Below are positions 12,966 to 24,579 of a stretch of DNA of 64,000 nt, one piece after another. Under the pieces are notes generated by a model. It was not told where the DNA came from. It worked only from the letters and a program-made list of their open reading frames with translations, and did no database searches. This DNA comes from Plasmodiophora brassicae (Eukaryota). Made by a program: the position numbers and the translations under genes. Positions within the stretch are counted from its first letter, which is position 1, and every line of letters starts with the position of its first letter. The stretch is from contig CP145410.1 in the NCBI GenBank assembly GCA_036867785.1, forward strand, positions 124,001-188,000, given 5' to 3'.

Positions 12966-13817
12966 TTACTGCGCCATGCTGGTCCAGCGGGTGAGGCTGG
13001 GCGGCGCGTTCAGGCTGAGGCGCGACGATTGCCGGCGATGCAGCGACCGTAGTGACACGTGAGGTGGCGGTCGACGATGGATCAGCGTGCGAACGTATTC
13101 TGCGTATTTGAAGTCGCCATTCTTGTTCACGTCCAACTGAACCGCATTGTCAGTCCGGCGGGGTACTCAGACAGGCTCTGCAGCGTTACCTGCTGGATAA
13201 TCGATTGGGCCTGCTCCTGTGAGAGAGGAGGCGACCCGTCCGTGGTCAGCGCTTCCTCCAGATCCGCAACGTTGATGCGGCCTTTGTCGGGCGTCTTGGA
13301 GAACGACTGTAACAACGTCATCATTCAGGTTGCGGCAGATGTGCCGGGCGCCGTCAGACGAACGCGGAAAGCGCGCAGAACCTGATCCGGATCCATCGTG
13401 TCAACCTTCTTGGTGGACGCTGCCGCGAACCTATTTCCACGCATGAGTACGTCGGAGACAAATGAAGACTGGCGTAGGTACTCGTCGAACTGGATGACGC
13501 CGTCCTGGTTTTTGTCCATCTGTTTGATGAGCGCCTCGATCTCGTCCTGCGTGCCCGTACGCTCAGCGTCCAGCGCACAATGGTCGACTTTGGCATCGTT
13601 TGCCCACCTCCGTCATTGGTATTCGAAGAATGGACATCAGCAGCTTCAGTTCCGACCTGTCGATGGTCCCACCTTTTCAAAAACGGTAGACCACTTTACT
13701 AATGGCACTGCAATCACGCCCGCGTGCTGTCCTACATCGGTCCCTGTCGACCAACTCGAAGATGGTTTTCAGCTCGAGCATCTCCTCGTCGGTGGCGACA
13801 TGATCGCCGCCGACCAT
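12966..13817 (-). CDS. Calmodulin-like EF-hand protein; multi-exon
   Basis: Spliced reading: EEMLELKTIFELVDRD..GTIDRSELKLLM..DEIEALIKQMDKNQDGVIQFDE..VLRAF..GRINVADLEEAL..LDVNKNGDFKYAEYV. Confidence 0.85.
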
Positions 13818-13985
13818 CTCGCTACCACCTGATCGTCCCGCGTACGTCGCAATCTATCGATCCGCACCCGTGCCTGATCGGCGATCGCATTCCACGGGCC
13901 CCGGAACGGGGCAGCCGATGGATGGAAAACGGGGCCCGGAGGTCGGCTCGGCCATGAACGCATTCAATTGTCCAACCGACCGGCC

Positions 13986-14978
13986 ATGGGCAACTCACTC
14001 GTCGGCGAGGCCCGCGCCACCAGACGGCCAGTGGCAAACCGCCATTCCAAGTCGGCGACCGCCTTCTACAGGACGGCGCAGGACGATGACGCCGTCCTGG
14101 TTCGGCTGCTGCTGGACGGAAGGCGCATCCCGGATGAGCTCGTCGACCGGCAGCGCCGTCGCCTCGACTGCGTCGCGTCGACGGCGGACGACGGGAGGGC
14201 GGCGCTGGAGATCGCGACGCTGGGATCCGATCGCTGGCCGGACGAGCACGAGCGGATCGTGGCCGCCGGACGAGTCTCTCTTCAGGACAGGCACCTTGCG
14301 CAAGCCCTGCATGACGAATGGTACCGTGTCCGACGCGGCACCTGCATTGTCTGCCTGGAGGCGGGCCTGGCCCTGTTCCCGATGGACGACGGGTCGTACT
14401 GCCACGACGTCTGCCGGGGATGCGCTGCGACGTACGTCGCCGGGAAGATCAGGGACCGATCGTTCCCCGTACGATGCCCAGGCATTGGGTGCCCAGCCCT
14501 GATCACCCCAGAGACGTGCCGACGTGCCGGGCTTGTCTTCGAGACGGACACCGTTGCCGCGTTCGAGCTCGGGCACCTGACCGCATCGCTTCGTGACGCA
14601 TGGCCCGGCGGGGTGTTCTACTGCCCGAACGTGTCGTGCCAGCTTCCGATTGATGTTCGCGGGTGCCCAGGCGGCAGGGCATCGTGCCCGTACGGGTGCA
14701 GGCAGAGCATCTGCGGCCGCTGCCGTCTGTCGTGGCATCGCGACATGTCGTGCGCTGACGTCGACAAGATGCGGGAGACGATGGGCGGGTTAGTCGACGG
14801 CGACTTCCAGCTCACTCGGCTAATGCAACGGTGCCGATGGCGCCAGTGCACCCAGTGCCGGCACATTATCGAGAAGATCGACGGGTGCAAGCACATCACC
14901 TGCCGCTGCGGCTACGACTTCTGCTACAAATGCGGCCTGGCTGGCCACCACCTGTTCTGCTCCCCAACTCGCTCATAG
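13986..14978 (+). CDS. RBR (RING1-IBR-RING2) E3 ubiquitin ligase; single exon
   Basis: CIVC..CHDVCRGC..CPGIGC (RING1); CPNVSC..CPYGCRQSICGRCRLSWH..C (IBR); CTQC..KIDGCKHITCRCGYDFCYKC (RING2 with catalytic Cys). Confidence 0.93.
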   Translation: MGNSLVGEARATRRPVANRHSKSATAFYRTAQDDDAVLVRLLLDGRRIPDELVDRQRRRLDCVASTADDGRAALEIATLGSDRWPDEHERIVAAGRVSLQDRHLAQALHDEWYRVRRGTCIVCLEAGLALFPMDDGSYCHDVCRGCAATYVAGKIRDRSFPVRCPGIGCPALITPETCRRAGLVFETDTVAAFELGHLTASLRDAWPGGVFYCPNVSCQLPIDVRGCPGGRASCPYGCRQSICGRCRLSWHRDMSCADVDKMRETMGGLVDGDFQLTRLMQRCRWRQCTQCRHIIEKIDGCKHITCRCGYDFCYKCGLAGHHLFCSPTRS

Positions 14979-15924
14979 AGTCCCGCGTCCGCAGACAACA
15001 TAAACACCTGGAACGGGCCGTGGAATCGCATGTCTACTGGCCACCTGAGGAGGCACTAATCATTTGACGAGGGTGTCAGTTGGCATCGCTTCACACGTTC
15101 GTCCGGCCTGGCATTTCTGGGTCACGGGAGCGACCACCCCGACCGACCCCGGCCTATGTCATGTCATCGTGCAATCTTGGAATGTTTTCCGAAACGCCAA
15201 CTACAGTCGTCGTTGTACCAGGCCGGTGACGCCGTGGAGACACCTATTGTGCAATCCCGGCCCTCTTCTGTTTCCTGAACAACTGTCAACTGGCGACCAA
15301 CGCCGACAAGACACGCCCACCCATATGTCCATGTCATACTCTGACGTCGTCGAACTATACGAACAATTCCAGGTCGTCATGGAGACACGTGTTGGGCAAT
15401 CAGGCCCCCTTTTGTCTCTTGGACGCCTGTCAACTGGCGGTGGGCGCCGCCTCGCGTACGGTGCCCGCCGCCATTTCTATCGTCGGCGTCAGGTATGATA
15501 CAGCATCGGCCGGCAATCACCTTCGCCGCAGGTAAACAATAATCACGTGCATTGACAACCGATGAACAGTATTCTCATCGTATTCATTGCAGTCATCGCG
15601 GCGGCCGTCCTGGGCACAGCCACTTCTAGGTAGAATTTGTATGGGCGGACGCTCATCTTTTTAAGAAATCCCATTTTAAGGGATAAAAAGCCAGGGGTAC
15701 TGGTACCGTCTTGAATAGGCTGAATAGCGCGTTATGTCAGGCGGTCCCTCCCGGAATGCGCGGCGCGGGACAGTGACCGGAAAAAGGTGCCTGAAAAACA
15801 GGGCCTGCACCGCACTGTACGCGGCGTGCTGTGGTGCGCTCGGTCATCTGGCCAAACGCAGACCGCTATCAGCATTCAGCCCTTCGGACGTCGTCGAACA
15901 TTGCCGCTGCCAACTTCACAAGCA

Positions 15925-16812
15925 ATGCCCAGCGACCCAAGCACCTGCCGTGGCAAGCCTCATGTGCTGCATGTGCATGCTGCCCTTCTGTCGCTCATGA
16001 TGGCTCAGCTCATGGGGGCTGGGAGCGCTGTTATTGTATCCGGTGATAACAACGACCGACACACCATCCCCAACGATATTGCCGCCAAGCATTCCGTTGT
16101 GTTCGCCGCGCATGGCCTCGGTGAGCTAGATGAGGTCCGTGTCAAAGACGTCCGCCGCGAAGACCTGAACCTGCTTGTGAAATTCGTGGAAGAAGTCTCC
16201 GCGGTACGGTGACGCCATCGCCTCTCGCTGGGATTCCATGCACTGATTGTCACTTGTTCGCGACCAGGTCGAGCAAGCGCAGCAGTGGATTGTGCTTGAG
16301 CTGGGACAGCGACCTGACACCGGCCGTATACAGCGGCTGCTGTCAGGCGCGTTGGAGCTCAGGATGCTCACATTCATGGTCGCAATAATGTTATATGTGC
16401 CGTGCCCAGCGTATGGTAGAACAATTACCACCCTGGATAATCTCAAGAATCAAGATCCTGCGCGGCATCCCAGTTTTGTGTCCATGAAATCGGATAATAT
16501 TGCCGTCCTGTAGTACCGCCCGTTGTCCTTGCCAACGTGTGTTCGTGTACGTCTAACCTTTGTTTTAGGTGCCCCCTCTGTAACGAGATGACAGGAAGCT
16601 CCCAAATCGCGTTTCGACGGCTGCGCTGCGGGGATTTGTTCCACAAGGAGTGCATCGACAACTGGATACGCGGACGCTACATCTGCCCAGTCTGTAAAAT
16701 GGAGGTTCGCGCCTGGGCTGAAGTATTAAGCGACGGCGGCAACTTCGAGATTTTCCAGGACGATATGGCTTGGATTGCACATCAATGGGGCGTACCGCTG
16801 CCGCCGAATTAG
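15925..16812 (+). CDS. Putative secreted Skp1/POZ-like plus RING-H2-variant E3 ligase; about 3 exons
   Basis: Hydrophobic leader VHAALLSLMMAQLMGAGSA; Skp1-like IVSGDNNDRHTIPNDIAAKHSVVF..VKDVRREDLNLLVKFV; after an intron near 16510-16568, CPLC..RCGDLFHKECIDNWIRGRYICPVC. Confidence 0.7.
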
Positions 16813-17762
16813 TCGCCCGCCTAATTGAGGCACAGCCGATGTCGCGATATGACAATGAATGACGCCGCAACAGGTTTAGAGAGCCACAATGGGGCAACAT
16901 TTCTGTAATTGCGAAGCGGCACTACTAGGTACATATATAGGTAGTTGTTTAGATATAGTGATGTAGGCCGGCACGCGGCACCTTGACTAATCGGCCACGA
17001 GGGACGGCGTCTGACCTGTTTGATGACGACGGCACCCTTGTCGAACTCGTTCAGGCCGAACAGAATGCACGCTCAAATTACGAGTTTCGCTCTTGAAACA
17101 TCTTGATGCCTGCGCTACAGCCCTCTCAGGGCTGGCATCCGATCATCAGACTGGTGCCGCTGACTGACGCTACCCAGATAACGTGCCATTGCCGATGTGA
17201 CTCGTTACCGTTGCTAAACAATGTAGACCGGATCGCCCAGCTAGGCCACGAGAGCAGGGTTGGCGCTCTATAGCTAAAGTACTACGCGTACACTCATTTG
17301 GTGTTTGTTCAACGGGCCGGGTTCGACAGTTAGCACCTCACCACCTGCATCATGCGTTTCCAGTGGGGGATCCGCAAGGTGCACATCGGACGAGGAGTAT
17401 GGTCGAGGGAAGATTATTCGTCTATCAATTGAAACCAAATTAGGCGCAGTCAAGGAGCCTGGGATACAGGACAACGGACCAGATAGCGGAATGGTGCCCT
17501 AAGGCTGCGAGGTGAGGCACTCCGCGGACTCGAGGTCGCAGCAGTGCCTCAATTCTACAATATTGTGTCATAACTCATAACTGGTCGACTACTCCTACAT
17601 GAGTAGGTGGACCTCAAAGTTCATTGCGCTCGCGGGGCAGGGTCGTGCGTTTTGCGCCGACAGTCCTCAGGAGCCCGAACCATATTTTTGGAGTACACAG
17701 GATCGACTTTCGTCGCAGGCCGCAGCAGCAGGGTCTGCAGATCGGGAGGGGGAGGAGGACCG

Positions 17763-19916
17763 ATGCGATCCAGGGCGGCGACGCTCCTGCTCGTTGCCTG
17801 GGCAGCCGTCGTGCTCGCAGACGAGAGCACGAATGAGGTGAGCAGGATCGAGTGGGGGGCGCGCGGGTCCGTCTGACAGATGCTGTAGTACGAGGATGGC
17901 GAAACCGTAGTGGTCTGGGTCAACAAACTAGGGCCGAACCACAACCCTCAGGAGACGTACCGGTATGATTCGTTGCCGTTCTGCAAGCCCGCTGAGAAGG
18001 TCCTCGCGTACAAATCGGACTCCATGGGTTCGCTTCTTGAAGGCAACGAGCTGACAGGTTTCGATAATCGAATGCCGTTCAGGTGTCGCAACGCGTCATT
18101 GACCGTATGCTTTCCGATCAGACAGCGGCATTCTTGTTCAGTTCAAGCGGAACCGGAAGTCGTCGACGATATGCGAGCAGGATCTGTCGCAGCTGCCTAC
18201 AGTGATGCCGTTCGTGAACGCCGTCCAGATGAACTACTGGTACCAGATGTACATCGATGAGCTTCCTGTCTGGGGGCTCGTCGGTGAAATGTCGCAAGAC
18301 GAGCCTGACGGTTTGTGGCGTGTGATGTCGTTGTCAGCTTGTCGGTTAATCGAGTTTCCGTATATATAGACCCTAACACGCTGGCCTATATGTATTCACA
18401 TAGAAAACTGTCGATATCGTTTAACGGCAATCGCATCATCCATGTGAATCTCACGTCCGACCGTCTGGTCCCGCTTCTCAAAGGGAAGTCGTTCCCGATG
18501 ACGTTTGAGGTTGAATGGATTCCTACGACCGAGCTGTTCGAGGATCGTTTCGATCATTACCTCGACGTCGATTTCTTCGAGCACCAGATACATTGGTTCT
18601 CAATCTTCAATTCATTCATGATGGTGAGTTACGAAGCCCAGCACCGACCTGACAGCTCGTCTTACATTGACATTGCACAGGTTTTGTTCTTATGCGGCTT
18701 GGTCGTTCTTATCCTTATGAGGACACTGAGAAACGATTACGCCAAGTACTCGCTGGAGGACGATACGCTGGATATTGATACCGTTGGTGAAGAGTCCGGC
18801 TGGAAGCAGGTCCATGGAGACGTGTTCCGTGCTCCATACCGATTGCCCCTGTTTGCGGCCCTGATTGGGATTGGCCATCAACTGTTCTCGCTCGTCATCC
18901 TCCTTTGTTTCTTTGCCATTGCTGGGAACCTGTACAAGTACGGTTGTGTGATCTCTCCGTCCTCGTCCGCTGCCTGAATCGTCGCCGTGTGTGCCAGGTG
19001 GCGTGGCCTGTTATTGAACAGCGCAATAACAGCATGGGTTCTAACATCCATCATCTGCGGTTTCTCATCGGGATCGTATTACAAACGATGCGGTGGCCGG
19101 CAGTGGAAGCTGGCATTTGGCCTTGCTCTGGGAGCTCCGCCTGTGGTGATTGGCTGTCTGATGTTTGTTTTGAACACCGTCGCCGTAATGTACTCGTCGT
19201 CTGCTGCACTTCCTTTCCTGACTGTTCTCGGCGTCATTGCGATTTGGGTACGTACGTGCACGTAGACGTTCGCTGGTACTGATTCGGGCGCTTGCCGCAG
19301 CTGGTCTTATGTGTGCCCTTGACTCTTGTTGGCACCCTGATTGGTCGCAACGTCACCAAGGCAGGCGACTTCCCATGTCGTGTGTCGAACATGCGACGAC
19401 CGATTCCTCTGGGTCCCTGGTACTCAAGAGGCTGGTTCCTGGCTCTCCTTGGCGGCATCCTTCCGTTCGGCTCCATTTTCATCGAGATGCATTTCATCTT
19501 GACTGCGATCTGGAACTACAAATTCTATTGTAAGAGCGGCAAACGGTTACCCCAATCGTGGCCTGACATACGGACGTGCAGATGTGTTTGGGTTTCTCCT
19601 GCTCGTCTTTGCGATTCTCGCTATCGTCACCATGTGCGTCACCGTTGTGTTGACGTACTTCCTGCTGAACAGCGAGGACTACCGCTGGCACTGGGTTGCC
19701 TACGGTTCCGGTGGCAGCACTGGCATCTACGTATTCCTGTACTGCTTGTATTATTTCGCCGTTAAGACGCGCATGTCGGGGTTGCTGCAAACCGCATTCT
19801 ATTTCGGCTACTCGACCCTGCTCGCCCTCTGCATCGGCCTCATCTGTGGCTCAGTCGCCTTCTCTGGCGCGCACCTATTCGTCAGCAGAATATACAAGGA
19901 CATCAAGAGCGACTGA
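17763..19916 (+). CDS. Nonaspanin / TM9SF (TM9SF3-like) protein; multi-exon
   Basis: Signal peptide MRSRAATLLLVAWAAVVLA; NKLGPNHNPQETYRYDSLPFC; HQIHWFSIFNSFMM; EESGWKQVHGDVFR; GGILPFGSIFIEM; C-terminal IYKDIKSD. Confidence 0.95.
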
Positions 19917-20953
19917 CGACAACGCCCTCGTGACCGTGACGGCGGTATCAGTCTGTTGCTATCCCGAAAGCATTGTCAGTAAACACCATTCAACCAACTC
20001 CAATCACAAGTGTGTTACCCACAGCACATTATGTCAGGCCCGCCAAGTGTCAGGACTCACGAATGTGAATGTTCAGACTGGGCGATCGGCGGCTGCTTGG
20101 CTTCTCCAAGGACCACAGTGCGCACACCGGCTTGTGAGTCTCCCTGGTCTCACGATGTGCTCTCTGGGTGGTCCATCTGTCCTCTTCAAGGTCATCTTTA
20201 AACACCTGGGTTACCAATTAGCCGACGTGCGTCCAGAACCAGACTCCCCACCTGCCGCATGAATCTTGGCTCGATAGGAACATGTTCATGAACCATAACT
20301 CCAAACAGCGCGACGGCGACTGTTGGCAGCGAGCATCTGAAGCACATTCACAATACGGGTAGGCCTAACCTGGGGCGACGGGGCATGAACTGCTCAGAAC
20401 GTTAGCTCCGTCGATGTATTACAAACAATGCCAGCGGTTAGAAACCAATCTCATTCAAGCACAAGGCCAAAGAAGGTCGGTCGGAATAGGCGGCAAATGT
20501 ACAAGCTTCTGGGAAACTCATACCAGGGGTTGCTAACCTACTTGCAGCAGTTGGAAGGAGAAGCGTCGTCCGCCGAGCACATATGCCTTTCGACACAGGC
20601 AAGGTCCAGGTCCAGCTGGATGCCATCGTTTGCACCGCCAAATCCTGGCGTACTCGTCAATGCCTTTATTGATTCGGTTGAAGTGGCGTCGCCATGACCA
20701 TGCAGGGTGTCAACGTCGAGGCGTTCGCGGGCGGGTGGACTACAGGCTTCCTCTCGCCCGATATGACTGTTCGCGCACCTGTGACAGGTATACCCATCAC
20801 AGCATACGATCCAGACCCGTACCTGCGATTTGTACTGTACCCGGACAGTGTAAACGACTGCCCTGATTCTTCGGTACGGCCGGGATATCGTCCGAACGGG
20901 GGCAGTCCCAGACAAACGTCAGTTGCTTATTGGTGTCACGACGACGGGTGACG

Positions 20954-22060
20954 ATGGTGTCGTCGGGCAAGCAAGGTTCGTGGGGTTCCACCGCCGCCAT
21001 GGCGCTCGTTCTGTTGATCCCCGGGCTGTGCGTCCTCATCGCGACGACGGCCATCGCTCTCGCCATCCAGTTCGACCCTCGCGCTGGCCTCGTCCTCGTC
21101 GTCATCATCGTGACGCACTCGATGTACCCGACCATCTTCTCGTGGTACACGTCCGGCTGCTGCCGATCGGTGCGGGTGCGCCGCGCGACCATCTTCAAGA
21201 CCATGGCGTTGTACTTCCAGCAGGGCATCGCGGTCGTCGCCCCTGAGAACATCCCGGACTCGACTGCGTTCCTCCTGGGCATGAGCCCGCATGACATCCT
21301 GCCGTTCGCCGGGTTGATCTGCTTCGCAGCGGGCGCCGTTCTGCGGACGACGGCGAACGTTCGCGTCGGGACGCGGACGCTCAACCTCCGCATCCCCATC
21401 TTCAGCCAGCTCCTGAGCCTACTCGGTGCGGTCGACGTCTCGCGGGCGTCGATCATGAACGTCCTGAATCGAGGTGCCGGCAATGGAACCAGCGTCTCTG
21501 TTGGTGGCGCACGCGAAGCCGCTCACGCCGGACCGTCGGGCGCCGCTATCGTTCCCTGCGTCAACGTCGGCGAGCACGAATCCTGGAAGCAACGCCAGTG
21601 TGCGACGCCAGGAATCACGCGACTTCAAGGCTTCGTGAAGGCCTGCACCGGCGTCTTCGTTTCGGTTCTGCAGACGGCATTGCCCGACCCAGGCGCTTCT
21701 CTGCGTCTCGTCATCGGTCAAACCATCGACACAACCGACGCGAACGCGACCGCTGACGTCCTGTACGATCGCTACTGCTGTTCTGCCCTGGACCTGATCA
21801 TCAAGGAGCACGATCCGCAGGCGAAGGTGACGATCAACGGCAAACCGGCTCCTGCATGTCCCTGTAGCGGTACTCCCGAACGATCGGGGAAGTCCAGCAC
21901 ACGTGCAACCAGGCCGCGGCCGTTTACGTTCGCACAGTGCCGTTCGCCGGCGAGGTGCTGCGCGTGCACCAACGCAAACCCGCGCAAGACGACGCACAGG
22001 CGCAAAGCGGGTTCCAAGCGGGCATCTCCATACTGGACGCGTCCAATGTGGAGATACTGA
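20954..22060 (+). pseudogene. Degenerate DGAT2/MOGAT (DAGAT-family) acyltransferase-like sequence
   Basis: TM pair, then FLLGMSPHDILPF (HPHG position), LLSLLGAVDVSRASI, VGGAREA and IVPCVNVGEHE. The RxGF-containing segment is missing and flanking coding-like frames do not join cleanly. Confidence 0.55.
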
Positions 22061-22979
22061 ATACGGGTTTCCAGGTCGCAGCCCGTTGACGAACACTCGT
22101 GTACATATAAACCGTGTCCTGCTGCGCCCTTGGCCATATCGATCGAACAGATTCGTTGGCGACATGCAGCAGACCGCTCTGTGGGACGTCATCACGTCGG
22201 AACCCGCAGCACGCTTGACAGCCGTCCGTCGTGCCTCGGTCCAGAACGTCATTGATCGATGCTTATCGGGGGTATTCAGCATCCGGATGACCCGCACGTG
22301 TATGTACATGGCGCAAGTCCAGATTGCCGCGATATGATTGTTTAAACGGTCTACGGTCCGCCCTGAATGTTATTGAGCAGTTGTCGGATTCAAAATACTG
22401 CAACCACATGGCCTTACGCTAAACGCCAACGTTTATTGTACCACGCCTACAGTGCTGGACTCGACACGACGTTAGCCACGCCGCCGAAGTAGGACAGGAC
22501 GGGCTGCCCCGCAATATGGGTGGCCATGCTCGCTGCGAAGAAAGCGGACGCGTCTGATGAGAAGCGGTGCTCGGATGAAGAGCACCCGCGCATGGGCGCC
22601 TCCGGAAACCGTGCGCTTCCCGCTGCTGAACCCGAGGCTGCCCGTCAGGAACGCTTCGTCATCAACGAGTGGCCGATGTCGGCCGCATCGCGGAGGAAGT
22701 TGTAAACAACGAAGTGCCCAGTGAATGGCGCTTGGGCTGCGACGAGCCCACCTCAGATGCGCCGGGAACTACGTCGGTAGCGTTAGCAGATCGGAGCGCC
22801 TGATGCCGCCAGCGTTATCAGGAGAGATGGTGCATTTTCGAGCGAACATAGTATTAAGAAGGCCGCACGAATACAAATACATTGGGAAATCCGACGGTGG
22901 GGCTGATAAAATTCATCCGACCCCGCTTTGGAAATCGTGGGCCTTTCTTTATACTCCGCGAGTTGTTCTTGAACGTAAT

Positions 22980-23981
22980 CGGAAGGACGACGACGCGAAG
23001 AAGCCCAAGCTGAAGTCAGCCAGCCAGGCGGACCTGGTGAAGTGGTTCAGGCAGCTGAAGGTGTAGACGACCATTTGCTGACGGCGCTGCTCACGGTCGA
23101 CCGCTGGGATGACACGTACACCGTCGACACGGTGCCCGACGACATCCTGGTCGACATCCTGCGCAAGCGGATGGAAACGCGCGCGGTTCGCCGAATGAAT
23201 CGCAACATTCAGGAAGCAGGTGTAAATTGGGTTACAGCGCCCAGTTCACGCGGATCGTCAAAGAACGTGCATGCGAACACATGTTCACCGGCACTGATGG
23301 CGAGAAGCTGAAGGTCAAGCTGCTCCTGCGGGGCATCTGGCCGGTGGAGCTCCGGGTGGCCGTGAACGAGCTGCTGGCAACCTCGATGAAATCGATGAAG
23401 ACCAACGCGAGGGGCTTTCTGCGGCTGCTGGAGGAGAAAGCCACGACGTCCGACGAGGTGCTGCACTACCAGCACCTGGCGAGCGTCCGGCGTGGGGCGG
23501 CGGAAGACTCCGGCAGCCGCAGGAAGCGTTGGCCTTCATCGATTTCATCGAGGTTTCCAGCAGCTCGTTCACGGCCACCCGGAGCTCCACCGGCCAGATG
23601 CCCCGCAGGAGCAGCTTGACCTTCAGCTTCTCGCCATCAGTGCCGGTGAACATGTGTTCGCATGCACGTTCTTTGACGATCCGCGTGAACTGGGCCCTGT
23701 AACCCAATTTACACCTGCTTCCTGAATGTTGCCGCAGATCGCGGAAGTTGTCGGCGAACAGTGCCCCCGTCGTGGTGTGAGCGTTTCCATCCGCTTGCGC
23801 AGGATGTCGAGCAGGATGTCGTCGGGCACCGTGTCGACGGTGTACGTGTCATCCCAGCGGTCGACCGTGAGCAGCGCCGTCAGCAAATGGTCGTCTACAC
23901 CTTCAGCTGCCTGAACCACTTCACCAGGTCCGCCTGGCTGGCTGACTTCAGCTTGGGCTTCTTCGCGTCGTCGTCCTTCCG
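22980..23981. repeat. Long inverted repeat (arms ~22980-23432 and ~23508-23981, ~75-nt spacer)
   Basis: The same peptides (RKDDDAKKPKLKSASQADLVKWFRQLKV; AQFTRIVKERACEHMFTGTDGEKLKVKLLLRGIWPVELRVAVNELL) occur on both strands, and the nucleotide arms are near-identical reverse complements. Confidence 0.95.
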
Positions 23982-24400
23982 GACGAGCGTAGCGAGCCGG
24001 ACCATTGCTTGTGTCCGTCTGCCTCCCGCGCCCTTCTGCCGGTCATCGGCAGCGTCGATACCATCCCGGTTCGTCGTGTCGCTGTCTGTGTCCGAGCTAT
24101 GTTGTCTGTTGTCGATAGAATCGATCACCTGCCTCAGCTGGGCGTCCATGATCTTCACGCTCTCGTTGGCTCTCGTTGTGGCGCTCGTTGCCCAATGAAC
24201 GAGATCCCGTGGTTGGACACGCGACTTCATATCTCTCGCGCGTGCGTGTGCCGCGTCACGCGTCTGCCACGCCGGTGTCCTTCTTGGAACGTGATCTACG
24301 CGCGTCCCTTTGCTGGATTCGCGACTACAGTGTCCGTCAACCTGGCTCTCATCTTCACATCTTCCGATGGGATTACAACCTGTCCTCGCTAGTTTACCCA
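23508..24400 (-). mobile_element. Decayed gag-like retroelement fragment
   Basis: Intronless, helical-looking coding fragments broken by stops and frameshifts, duplicated in inverted orientation. The gag assignment is by general resemblance only. Confidence 0.4.
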
Positions 24401-24579
24401 TAACCCAGCCTCGTTATTGATCAGGTTGCGTAGCTTATCCTGTGTGAAGAAAGGCCCTGCTTTCGTATCTGCTGAATCGGAGGTTCAACCCCGTTCAGTC
24501 TCCTGCGCACAGCTGTCGAAACCTCTCGCCGCTCGTCAATGACGAACACCCACTGTGCATGTCGTGCCCTCTAACTTCG

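Noticed and set aside
16505-16570. Premature TAG making the RING gene a pseudogene
   Set aside because: The TAG falls within a plausible ~59-nt GT-AG intron whose removal restores the frame.
16900-17600. ncRNA or gene in the intergenic gap before TM9SF
   Set aside because: No recognisable RNA-family motif or coherent ORF by eye.
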